In this document: positions 49,268 through 61,900 of the stretch, in pieces
Numbering within the stretch: position 1 is the first letter of the stretch
How the letters are laid out: each line of letters starts with the position of its first letter
DNA from: Takakia lepidozioides
Lineage: Eukaryota; Plantae; Bryophyta
NCBI GenBank assembly: GCA_030704615.1
Contig: CM060733.1
Span: 1,860,001 to 1,924,000, forward strand
DNA: 64,000 nucleotides
Direction of reading: 5' to 3'
Program-made: the position numbers and the translations under genes
The notes under the pieces: generated by a model
What the model saw: only the letters and a program-made list of their open reading frames with translations
What the model was told of the DNA's origin: nothing
Databases searched by the model: none

Positions 49268-50760
49268 CCGGGACCTGGCGGGTTATGGTTCGGGTAATAG
49301 GACCCATACCTGTGCCATCGCCAGAAACCCGGACCCTGCTCCGAGTCATTTCAAATGGACCCGGACCCACCTGCTAGGTCCAAAACACCTTATACCTACT
49401 ACCCCTGGGTCGGGTCCAGGTTTTAGTTTTAATAAATATATGTATATATGTAGCAAACTTTAGAAAAATTAAAATGCAATATTCACCTGTATTTGCGCGT
49501 CACAAAGTTGTCCACCTTCCTACTGTGTAGCCCTTTCGGGTCACCATAATTTACGCTTATTTGGGAGTTGTCATATATTATCATTAAATCAACTCCCACA
49601 CATCCATAGTGCTCTACGAATAATATGTGAGCAGTTTCATTTGGCCTGGTTAATTCTAGAGTGGTCCAGGAATTTGCGTGGTTCAAGGAGTTAAAAGAGG
49701 GGCCAATGTATTAAGGCCACTTGTATTATTTAATGAAATGAAGGGTCCAAAAATTAAGGATTGACTTTCTAGGGTGGGCTTTCCAGATACTTCTAGTTCT
49801 AGTTGACTTTTCAGTTTCTAGATCCTTCAACTAATATGAGAAGCAACTAACTAGCAACTCTCTTGTAACTTGTGTCTTCAACATGCTGGCACATGCAGTA
49901 TGCACTAGTAGCGTGTCTCACTAGTGGTTTGAGAGCCAGAGCCAGCGTGAGTAGTTGTTTGCTATGTTGGGGGTCGGGCCAAGTATGGCATGTAGGATCA
50001 AAGTGGCTGCAAAGAGGGAAAGACAAGGTGGCGGAGGGTGCAGAGAAGTTCATAGAAGCAAGTGTTACTATCGGCATGGGTGGAGCAGATATCGACGTCA
50101 CATCAGGTCCCCTTTATTCCACTTGTTTACAGATTTAGTGACACTCACCGTGCATTTTAGTAATTGGTCCCCTTTATTCCACTTGTTTACAGATTTAGTG
50201 ACACTCACCGTGCATTTTAGTAATTGGTCCCCTTTATTCCACTTGTTTACAGATTTAGTGACACTCACCGTGCATTTTAGTAATTGGTGACTTCCTGCAT
50301 AGCAACCTCCAGTAGGTTGACTCTCGGTTCTCATTTCTGCAACTCTTGCGTTACCCACTTTTCAAACTTTCTATACTTTATTAATAAAGTTTGACGCTCG
50401 ACCATCCAACAATTAAAAGAAATCTCAATATGTACTACATGAATATTACTTTTCTTAACATGTTTAAGATTTGATATTGAAAAATGGAACTCAAATTCTA
50501 TTTTAATTCTTGTGTCATCAGTGTGTAGTTTATAAATGAGCCATACTCATGGTCTCTAATTAATTGTATTTTTAATCCATTTAATTAATTAATTAGGACC
50601 TGGATCCGAACCGTGAACCCGCTAATATTTCCCAGCAACTACCCGGACCCACTGAGTCCGTGTTTCATAACCCAGACCCGGATTTTCCAAATTTCAAAAA
50701 ACCCGGATCCGGACCTGGACTCCAAAAGAAAACCGGAGCACGGACCGGGCAGGTTCCTTA
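49268..50760. mobile_element. Probable non-autonomous hAT-like element with ACCCGG/GGACC-rich subterminal regions
   Basis: Both ends (49268-49420 and 50595-50760) are rich in acccggaccc motifs; imperfect terminal inverted similarity gggacctggcgggt versus accgggcaggttcc. Confidence 0.5.
50106..50288. repeat. Exact 60-bp tandem repeat x3
   Basis: ggtcccctttattccacttgtttacagatttagtgacactcaccgtgcattttagtaatt repeated identically three times. Confidence 0.98.
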
Positions 50761-51175
50761 AAAGGCACCACCCGCACAACACAGGTGTAAACGATGATTT
50801 GGGTTGTGACGGTAGTCCCAAAGGCATTAGCATGGACGGCAAATGAATTCCACTCATTTGTGGAGGCCTAATTTCCAGCGTGCGTAATTAAATAATTGAC
50901 GGTTGTATTTGTCCGCTGCACTGAGAGGGCTATATATTGAGCCACGTATATGGTTGGTCTACCAACAGGCCCAGCCGGTGATAGAGTCTCTCCTCATCAA
51001 CCGTCTGTGGCTAAGGCAACGAGCGTTGCAGCGAGCGTGTCCCGTGTGAAGGAGAGAGGAGATAGCTCTGGGAGACAAGCTTGAATGTGGAAGCTTGAAT
51101 GTGGAGGAGATGGGGAGGTAGAGGTCGTGGTTTGAATTGGGTGTGCTTGGGGAGGGTGAGAGCGAGGTGTACAAT

Positions 51176-53293
51176 ATGGGGGAGAGATGGACTGGTATGC
51201 TGTGGGCATGCGGCTGCGGGACCAAGAGTCATTGCCGGGTGATGGCCTCTCTCTGTTACAGTTCCTCCTCGGGAACCCTTCTGGTGATGCTTCTTCTCTC
51301 TCCACCTTTTCTATGTCTTCTTCCGCTTGTTGGGAGCCGCGTGGTTTTACATGCGTTGTTACGCTGCATCTCTTCTTTTGTTGGTTGCTCTGTGTTTTTG
51401 GTCGGTTAGTTAGCAGCTTTTATTTTGGATGCCTATATGGTTGGAGGGTATGCCCTTCAACCTGAATTCTTTCCAATGCGCACATGCCTACGGCCGTGGG
51501 CTTGCTTCGAAGTTGATTCCAATTTCTTTTCATTCGATTCGATTCGATTCGATTCTAGCGCCTTTTTTATATGTTTGGTGCATATGAAGGCTTGTGGGGG
51601 TAGAAGAGGGAGACGGAGTCCAGGGAATTTGTGTGACTATGTGTGGACATCTCGAGGAACTGATACGGGATCAGTGTGGTTGGGTGGGACGCGGTAGCAA
51701 GCAGGCGCCATCGATCAATGCGATCTTTTTTGTAGGCGACCGCGTGGATGGCACAGCAAACCCGGAGATTGAGCGGCTCTCGCAGCTGGAAACCATCGCA
51801 GCAATTCTGGTGTCCAAATTGGGACCTTCCGTGAATGCCTGGGTGGTCGAGCCATCACATTATAAGGGGTCCTTTGCATGCTACGAGAATCTGTTACCGT
51901 CTCTGACTGCATCTGGGGAGCCTCTAGGTTACAATCCAAAAGGGCTGCCGGCATCCCGGGCCTCCCTCTCTCTTCTCACCAATTGTTTGTCACAGGTATG
52001 GCATTGGCTTACAATTGAAAGAGAAACGGTAAACATTGTGCCCAAATCTGAGGGAAAATCTAGAGTCGCTCTGCCAAATGTATCTTCTTGCGACTGTACA
52101 TTGAACAGCACAGTTTGCATAAGCTAAAAGGGTTTATGGGTTTATCATTATTTTGCTTTTGAGGCACCCGCCCGCCCTTCATTTTCCCCAGCCACAATGT
52201 GGGTAGCATATCATATAAACAAATACAGCATAATGCACTTTTGAAATGTGATGTCTGTTGTGCAAAGAGGTGACAGTTATGTTTCATGTCTTTAATGATC
52301 ATGCAAAGATAAGGACAGAGTTCCAGACAAATGGACGAGACCGTGTGGGCATGGGCAAGCAGCCCATGGACAATGGAGCTTTCTTGGGTGGTGGTGGATA
52401 TACTTCAGCCCTGCCTTGTGATCCCTTCTCTCATGCAAGAAAGTTCCCACGGACAATTGTGCTGGGGTTTAGCAAGGGAGGTGTGGTGCTTAATCAGCTG
52501 CTCGCAGAGATTGTGCACTTTGAGGACTCTCTGGAAGAAGGGAATTGTAAATCAATGGAGAAGAGACAAGACCTTGTGGACAATGGCTTGGTAAGATTCC
52601 AAGATACTATTTCTGGCCAAGCTTTTTCCATCAATGTTGAACATTTTTGTTTTCTATTTCAGTGACGAGTCTCAAGAACTAGTATGTGACTTTTTCAGAC
52701 CTTATTTAACATTGTCCAGCTCCTGAGGGGCCTAATAACAATTTTCTTACAGGTGGCACCTGTTTGAAATCCGTGAAGGAGTGGAAGAAATTCAGCAGAA
52801 GAATTAAACTGGGTTTGTGTATGGTGTTGATCTCTGAGGTCTTTTTTATTGAAACTCAAATTGGGCTATGCAGGGAGCTCTAAGGGAGACTGAAGGTGCC
52901 AAACCCAGGATGAAGGAAATGGGGGATTTGATTATTCCCCTGACAGTGGAAGAATTTTTGAGGAGTGTAGAGGAGGTGCATTTTGTGGATGTTGGATTGA
53001 ACTGTCGGGGTGCCTACCAGACTGACCCATATGTGCTAGAAGGACTGGGGAGGGCGTCCAGAATGAGAGATGCTGGCCTCCTTCTTTCATTCCATGGAAC
53101 TCCACGTCAGTGGCAAGACCGTATCCGCCGTTGGGTCGCTCAAGAGAAGGACCGCTGTGTTGCTCTGCTGCGAGATGCAGCCCGCAAGCAGGGGGATGGC
53201 AAGTTGAGGGTTTCTGAAACTTTCTACTTCGGGGAAAGACGTGCTAGCCTGCAAATGCATTTTGAGATTATTGAGGCCCTCGTTCTCAGCTGA
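51176..53293 (+). CDS. UPF0565 / C2orf69-like protein (alpha/beta-hydrolase-like)
   Basis: Exons 51176-51283, 51705-51995, 52309-52590, 52874-53293 (all phase 0). Motifs NAIFFVGDRV, NAWVVE, LGFSKGGVVLNQL, VHFVDVGLN, HGTPRQW and LQMHFEII. Confidence 0.88.
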
Positions 53294-55983
53294 ATTTGTA
53301 GCTGGTGAGGGTTTCAACCACACGGGATGTAAATTATGATTTTTTGAGGTGTATTTTAAAAGGACTTTGTTATGCCTGTTTTCTTGTTTTCTCAAGCTGT
53401 CGTGATAAAAGCTAGAGACAAGCCTCTAGATTCACTGGTACCTTTGGAGGCTGTGCCTGTGCGCAGGTGGCAGGGTGTGTTCTTTGGCTCTTTGATACCT
53501 GTCCTCAAGTTGCATGTAGGTTGCTACTTCAGGTGTTGCTCAGTGAGGTTTTGCAGATGGAAAGTGAAAATGTTCGCATATCACAACAAACTGAGGAGGA
53601 GCAGGGGAGCTGCCAAAGCTACTATGGCCATGGGCCTATTTCTGGGCAGGTTGCATTCCACGCGCATACCATCCAAGTTTCACATGTAGACTTGCCAATA
53701 TCATGTCCTGTTGCAACCCCTTGTTGCACATTATAATTAAGTACTGTGGCCTCCAAGGTGTTGGAATGGAAAGGTTAAGAGCTTTCTACAATTCCTGATA
53801 CCTGTTGGAGTCACTAGTAAGAGGATGTCGAAATAAAGGAATGATTCCACAGGGGCTGTAGGCTCCATGTCCTTAGGAATAATCACTGAAAGCTCCTACA
53901 ATTTGAAGGGGTGCAATGCCTCAGAAATGTCTCATGGACAGATTGATTACAGGAGTAGAGACTAGAGACCCAATGGAAAGCTAATAATTGTCCTGTGCCC
54001 TGAAGGGACAACCCTAAAATTATGGATAAAGTTACAATTTAAACTGAACATTACTTCCCTCTTGCAAGTGCCAGTTGCCAGATTGAACCTGCTAAGATCA
54101 ACTTTCAGTTTACCTCACCTCCCTGCAAGCTTGGCACAGACTCCCCTAAGGAAAAATCCCACTCTTTCAGGGAACATTTTGCAGGACCAGTGTGCATGTT
54201 TCTAATGTAAGAAAGTGCATTCTGGTGCCACAGTAGGCTACAGATTTTGCTAGGCGAACGTGGCAAATCTACGCTTGAATCAGAGATATCCGATGCATCA
54301 TCAAAGCGAGAGCTCACATCTGCACCCCAAATTTTCTATCTGAAGGGATGTTTCAGTTGGAGATTCTCACAGACTCGAGAGGTGTGTAGGCAAAAAGATG
54401 TGAATGAGACAATTATGATGTGTGGAAGAATGGGAAATAGGAGGAAGATCCGAAGAAGTTGGAGGTCAATTGGGTAGGCCTGTCACTTGAAGTGGTCGAG
54501 ATCCAAACTCAAGGTGGACCGGCTATGGCTGCCGCCATTGTCCCGGGCCAGGCTCTTCTCTATGTAACCAACAACGCTCACGAACTTCTCCCGTGCACTT
54601 CATCTTTCAGACTAGTGCCTTCTGCTCCCCAGGAGTCTTCAAAGGCTAGAAGGAGAGCGTTGTCGTGGGGCTCTCTGTGTATGAGAGAACGAAGAGAGAA
54701 GGGTGTCAAACCTATATTTAGCGCAGGTGTTGAAGGGTACGGCAATGCAAGGCTATGTGGGCATAATAAAATGGAGGCCGGATACCGAAGGGTTGTTCAT
54801 GTTTTCAGGTTGATATACATTGCAGTAATTGTGCATGATACTTGGAATGTAAGCACAAGGGTAGTAAATTCACAGTACAAGACGTCATCCTGTGCGGAGA
54901 GCTTGCTTGCCAAAGTTCCTTGTGATTCAAAGTTGTTCTGAAAGGCTGGAGACTTCCTTTCAACGCAAGTCTTAGATTCCTCTTCAGATGTGTTGGCTTG
55001 AGTTGAAAGTTTCTATAAGAGAGCAATTCCGATATGAGCTAGCGCTTCATCAGAATTTGTAGGTAGGAGATAGGTAGGAGTGTCTTCGACAAATCAAAGT
55101 TTGTCCTTCCTCCTTCAAATTTCAAACAGCTGTATCATTGATTCCATCACGGAGAAGCATCACGCCCACATGATTGCTGTCTCTGACCAGCTCGGCACGT
55201 CTATATAGGGAGTAAGCAACAACGGGGGCAACCATTCTAATCTTCTTGCGCGATTGAAATGAGAGGATGCAACTACGTAATTTAGCACTCGTTGTGAACT
55301 TGCTGCAGTGGAAATGTGTGAAGGCCGGGCACTGTACACAAGTACTGTGTTCTTTCCTTCCTCTCTTGGGCTATCTAACATGGTTGTCCATGAATCCAAG
55401 GTGCTCTTTGACTCATATTTCTCAAGGAAATATATGATAGACTCGTATGGGTATGTTCAAGAGTGTTGATGTGATCGTGCAAATGAGTCCTACCTCGAGG
55501 CGGGATGACGCAGGCTATGCCTCCAAATCTGAGGCAGCATTCCAATACCGAAACTTTTCCCTTTGATGCTGAGCATAATAAAGACTTGTTAGTCTCGCCG
55601 CCTGATATTCAGCAAGACAGTTGACACCCACCCTACCCACCCCTCCGTGTGCTCAGTGCCACCTCAACCGCCTTTTGCTCGGGAGTCTTGACAGCGCACG
55701 CGTCTCGCTAAGACCTACTCTTTGATTGTGCCAATGATGCAATCCCTTCGATCGGAAGACTCCAGGATCCGGTTGGAAGTAAATCCATGTTTGTGCAATC
55801 AAGGTTTCTACTCACGCGATCGGTGGGGCCACATTCGTAGTGGGTGGAGTAAAGTTTGGCTTGGTCGATTGTCTACTACCGGCATGGCCAATTGGCTGCA
55901 TGCATGTTGCTATACTCCAGTTTTTGTGTCGCGCATAGGTGAAAATGAAACTCACACCCTTTGCTTGTCTGTAATCTAGGTCA

Positions 55984-58900
55984 ATGGAGAGAGACACTCA
56001 TCACTATGTGCCAATTGACTCTCTCCAGCAAGAGAATCGCTATGGAAGTGCAGAGGACAATTACAGTAGTGGTGGGATTGGCATTTCTCGCTCCAGTGCG
56101 AGTGGCGGTGTGGATTCACTATTAGAGGATTGCTTCTACTTGGAACACGTCGGACAAGTTGGGGTTGTTCTGTCAACTACTCAGTTGGTGTGGCGTCGCG
56201 CTAGAGATCAGGATCAGAAGCTGGTATGCTCCTTCATGCATATGTCCATTCTTTTAGAAATGAGAGGATCTCTTCCATCTCCACCATGGAGTACACTTCG
56301 ATTTCCTCCTCTCCCTCCTCTCAAATTGATTCTGTGATGAAAGGATTCTATGATAATCTGGAATGCCAGATTTATGAATTGAAGTCCCACTGTTGGAGCT
56401 AGCCATCCGTGATTGTAGTGCACCCATCCTGTTCTCTTCTTTTTCCCCTCTCCCTCCATATTGCTGCTCCTTCCAGATGGTGGTGGGGCCCCTCCATTGC
56501 CGCAAGGGTGTGGTAAGCTCTAGGTGACACCTTGTCATCTCTTACTTTCCAAGCAGAAAGCTCTTATCAGAGTCCACCTGCCACTAGCGATGTGGAGGGG
56601 GACACAACTGTCGATTTCGCATCTTACTCCACTTTTCATCTTATGATGCTTTTAAAGCATGAGGAGGCTTAGCTGGTTGAGCTCCAAGCCTCTTGGAGAA
56701 ATTGGGTTTCTAAATTCCCCAATAGTGAGTTAGGGGTTTGTTGCTGTGAATGTCCAAGAATATTTACTCGATCAACAATGTAGCCACAGAATTGCCATGT
56801 AGCTGTTTCAGGAGGAACGAGGTCGGGGTCTGGGTGGAGCTCTAGTAGCTGATGAAATTTTGCAAAGAATAACCATGATGAGCGAATGTCAGCTTGTGTG
56901 GAAGTCTGTTCACTCATTCTGATGCTGACATGAACTTTGTCACTCAGGATGCGAGCCTTCTGGCATGCTGGGGCCAAGCTGTATGTGGTGAGACACGATG
57001 GGAGTTGCCTGTGGCTGAAATCTATGCAGTTGAATTGGAAGGTCTGGGTCCTGTCAGCCTATTCAAATCCACCAGCATATGTGGTCTTCTGAAAGCTCCC
57101 CAGCAGGTGTGAGAATGTACTTCCAGTCACTTCCATTGAGTTTCACTGGTTAACTGAACTCTATATGAAATTACTAGAGTGATTTGGAAAGGACATGGTG
57201 AATTCTAGATAGGCAGCTCAACCATTTTTTGTGCTGATCCCCCTTCCCATCTGACCCCTCCTCGCATCTGCAATGTGGGTTGATAACTTCAACCAGGCTA
57301 AGTCTCTAGAATCCATTCAAGTGGGGGTGCTTAAGGAGTGCATGTCAGCATGCTCCAAAACAGCCAATGTGGCTGTTCGGGGTGAGTTTGGCATCCCTTC
57401 CTTAAGCTCCCAACGAGATGAATTCAATGTCAGATGGTGGGGTCAGCTGCAACATATGCCCCTAAGTTAATCGACTCTATATTGTGGAAGCAGGATTGCC
57501 CTGTCAAACAGGCTAAGTCCTGACGGAAGAGAGTAGAAGAGATTCTCAGGGATCTGAATCTTAGCCTGCAAGTCTTGACCCTGCTGGATAAATCTGACTT
57601 AGAGGCTGTAGTGTCCAAAGCCATGTCTCTTGCCAGGAAATGTCTGATGAAAATGAAGTTAGGCAGAATAAACTTCCCTGAACTTGTTTCCAGTTTGTGA
57701 CATGGGGGAGGACATCATGGATAACCTCAAGGGTCTACCCACTCTCGGCACTAGACTGAAATTTAAACTCAGGGCGGGAAGCCTACCTTTGAACAGCAAA
57801 CAGAAGCAGAGAGGAAAGGGAGAGTGCAATTGCCCATTGTGTGGGCAACCTGAAGACATTATTCATTTTCTGATTCATTGTCCGGGGTTCACTCACTAGA
57901 GACACGCTCTCTTCAAATCTATCAAGGGAATTGTGCCTGTACCTCTGTTTACCAACTTTGAAGTCTTGAGGCTGAGCCAAAATCCCAGGCCCTTTTGGGG
58001 CCTAGTTATTGGGCAAACCACACACAGCTGATTGATGCTTGTGTAAAGGGATCTCTAGAGGATATCTGGAAAACTCGGATCAACTACCGGTGTCAGCCCC
58101 TGACAAAGGTAGTTTCTGTCCCTTTGTGTTCCTTCTCAAACTGAGCACGGGGTAGGCTACGGGAAACAATGACTAATGAGTACATTCTCTCTCTCTGTCT
58201 CCCTGGTGGGTGTGAACCCCACAAAAGGCTCCGAGAGGGTTGGTTTCCCCCGGAGTCAATGGCCATAAGGCAAACCAACCTTCACAGGGAACGGCAAGAG
58301 TACATTCGCTCTCTCTCTCATACGAAAAACAATGTCATCTGAGTACTTTCTATCTGTACTTGTCTGACCTTCAGGCCAACCTGCACACTGCACTAGAGTT
58401 TTGTCCAGGTGTGCAAGTAGATCATACACATGTTGGATAACCAAAATTTTCTACGTTCTGAATGTGTATGCCCTGCTCCGACGTTGTGCAGATCTTGCAA
58501 ATGTCATGTCACGCATCATGTGGTGGCTTGTGTAGAGAGAAGTCCCTCCAATGAAGGTTTCCTTGCCTAACCCTTGGGTTTTGTGTTGGTGGAGGCAGTT
58601 GCACAGAGTTGTGGTGCATTCTTTTTGTAGGTCAGAGAACAACAGCTGCCAATGGATCCCCAAGGCCCAGGTGTTTGGACATGCAAACGCTGAGGTTGCT
58701 CAGGCATGGGTGGAGAAAATTCAGACACTTCTAGATCATGACATACAAAGACCAAAGACGCTGTTGGTACGTGTGTGGTGGCACTATCTTCCAAGGAATG
58801 AGAGCGGAAGTTGATGGGACAGGCAGGTGGTGGGTCAGCTAGATCAAGTTTAAAAAATACGATAAAAGCATATCCAGGAAGAGCAGCATCTTAGCACATT

Positions 58901-61900
58901 TGTTGTTTACGCTTTTCTTGGAAGATACTTTTACTTGTACACCAATAGGTTTGCAGCATATGGACAATGTTATCTCCTAGACATTTTGGTTTCTCAATCT
59001 CATAGCTGATTGATGGTTTGGCAGCTGTCCAAAGAATCTTGAAGACTTTCACTTTGCACTCATGTATGACAGGTCTTTGTTAACCCGTATGGAGGAAAAG
59101 GCGCTGCATGCCAAACTTGGGAACTCGTTACACCACTGTTTGATCGTGCTAGAATAAAAACAAAGGTGCAAGCATCAAGTCATCTTTGCACCATTGCAGT
59201 TCTTGTCTCATCCATGCCAGAGTGTCTTATTCTCTTGTTCATTTTGCCAACATAGCATGATCTTTGAGAAATTGCCTCAGTGTTGTCTTGCAACTCAATT
59301 GATACTTTGGGTAATTGTAAAGGTTTCCTTTGGTTGGTTCTCTTCTCCCTCCTTGCCATTAGTTCGAAGGGAACCCAATTATTCCCACTTGGGCTACTGA
59401 AGGGCTTCTAGCCCTGCTCCTCACGTTTGCATGTCTGTGCTTTTGCGCTCCACATTGAGAGCCAGTCCGTTGTTACTTGGGACACCTCATCCCCAGGATA
59501 GTAAAGATCACACTCCTGTATCTTTTCTCGTCTTATTTTCCTATCCCTGGCTCTACTTGCCAAAGACAATTCCATACATCAGCCCTGTGGATCGTGCATA
59601 GAGCAGCATACTCTGTTGGAACCTTCTTTCTTTCACTGAAGTCTTCCACTATGAGGATCAGAAATGCTTGGCAGCTTACCTGCACGAGGCCTTCACCCTT
59701 AGACAATCCCTTGAGCAGTAGTTGCTTTTGGGCTGTTTTTTGGCACAGATTTTGTTTCCTCTCTGTTGTTTTTCCCATTTTGTCCCATAAGCTCTTTGAG
59801 CTTTCCGCGGACTTTATGAAGCACCATTTCATTTCTTTTCTTTTCTTTTTGTTCATTATTTTGTCCCTTATGCTCTTTGAACTTCCCATAGATGTTACAA
59901 AGCTTCTTTCCATCTACTTTTAGACATCTTTTCCCTGTTGAAACAGCTTATACCATTCATTTGAGTTTCTAGACCTTTTTTTTTGGTATCATGTGCTCTC
60001 CTTGAACTAGGAAGCAGAACTTCAGAGAGCATGACTCTTGGAGCACCTTTTAAAGCATCATATGAAAGGATGCCATTCTTACTGATGTTTCTTCTCACAC
60101 TTCTTTCCCTATCCTCCCATTGCCTTGAACTAAAGCTCAACCCCCAGAATGTCATTGAGATCCTTAGCAATGACTTTTGCAGGACCAAAGTCATTCTTGT
60201 TGCATTGTATATCGTACAGCATGCATGATTCTGAAGATTTCTCTGTTGATTCATTCCCAGGTGATAAAGACAGAAAGGGCAGGGCATGCATATGACATCA
60301 TGAATGAGGCTACTATAGAAGAGCTCAACTCACAAGATGGGGTGGTGATTGTGGTGCGGAAATCTTGGCCATTATTCTAAGATGTTTTCGATGCTAAATG
60401 ACAGGCATTTATAAAACCTTGAATCATGACATTTCCCTTATTCCCTATCATGTGTATGCACATTCACAAGTGTAAGGTAAAACTTCTTCATGTTTCTCAA
60501 CACAAAAACTTTGGTGCAGGGTGGAGATGGTCTTTTCAATGAAGTGTTGAACGGCTTAGTAAGGCACCGCCATAGAGCCCAGCCAGCTACCATGCCCCAT
60601 GGGGTGACCAATTTTCTGACAGACGGAACAGGATACCAAGATGAGATGCAAAAGCATCAACTTAATTTGGAAATAGATCAAGGAGTTTTAGGGGGCCACA
60701 GCACTGGGAAGTCACCAGCCCAAGAAGGTGGTTTGAAACAAATGGCTTGTGTGGGTGCCAACTCAGACTCAGATTTTGATCGCTCTTCCTGCTGTCCAGA
60801 TCATCACCCTCTTCTCCAAGAAGTTCCCTTTCATTCTCTTTCCAAAGTGGCACATGCTGGCAACCTTCAAGGAGCTAGTGCCACAATGATTTCTTCAGCT
60901 GTTGGGAGGGAAGGCGAACCTGCCGGCCTGGCCTCTGGTGATACCCCTGGTTATGATTCCATCTCTGTCACTGTGCCTGTCTGGAACCAGCAAGGGGATT
61001 TCCTGTCTTCTACATCAGCAGAGCCAGAACCTATTATAGGTGAGAAGAGATAAGGCATGCACTCCCAATCACAGCCTACACATTTGTATGCCAAGTCCAT
61101 GGAATGCATACTAAGACTTGACAGCAGTAGATTTCAGCTGAGAAGCTATTGCTGCAAAATATCGGTTTTGCCATGGCATACCTAGTTATATTCCATGTCA
61201 TATAACTTCACCTTGTGTACAAAGTTTTCTGTGGACTTCCTGAGCTCCTTGGACTTTGGCTGGTAGTCACAAAAGTGAAAACTCTTGTGAGGAGATTTCT
61301 CTTTGGTCCTAAAGTTACCACTAAATGACAGGTGCACACCCAGTGTCTGTCGATGGCCTAGACATGCAGGACATTGACTTGCCAACTGCAAATTTAGTTC
61401 ACTCCCATCCAAAAGTTCGGCTTGGTATTATCCCTGCTGGATCAACCGACACTGTTGCTATCAGGTATCCTGCATCACAAATTCCTTTCTTCTTTCATCA
61501 AATCTTGTTTTTGTAGTCTGTCCAGTTTCATCTCCTCCCCCAGCCTTTCCCACCCAGCCTACTGGTCATTCTCGTTGTCTTAGCTGTATAGGAGGTGGAT
61601 GTTGTTCTCTGTGTTTGAGGCATAGAGCACTTGAATGTGAAGATGCAGCAAAATTGTTGTTCCATTCAAACTTGGTTAGTGTTCCCAAAGCTTCAGTTTA
61701 TAAGAGGTTCATTTTGTGTGCCCTGTCCCTTTCTGACTGAGCACAGTTTGGAGGCTAAGGTGTCCAGGATGATTTTGGCCCTTTGAGTGTTTTCCTTGTG
61801 TGTCACAGTATATCTGTATTTAGACATTTGCAGAGATTTTTAGCCACATGCATTTGTTCATATGGTGTGTAAACAGCACAACAGGAGTACGCGACCCTGT

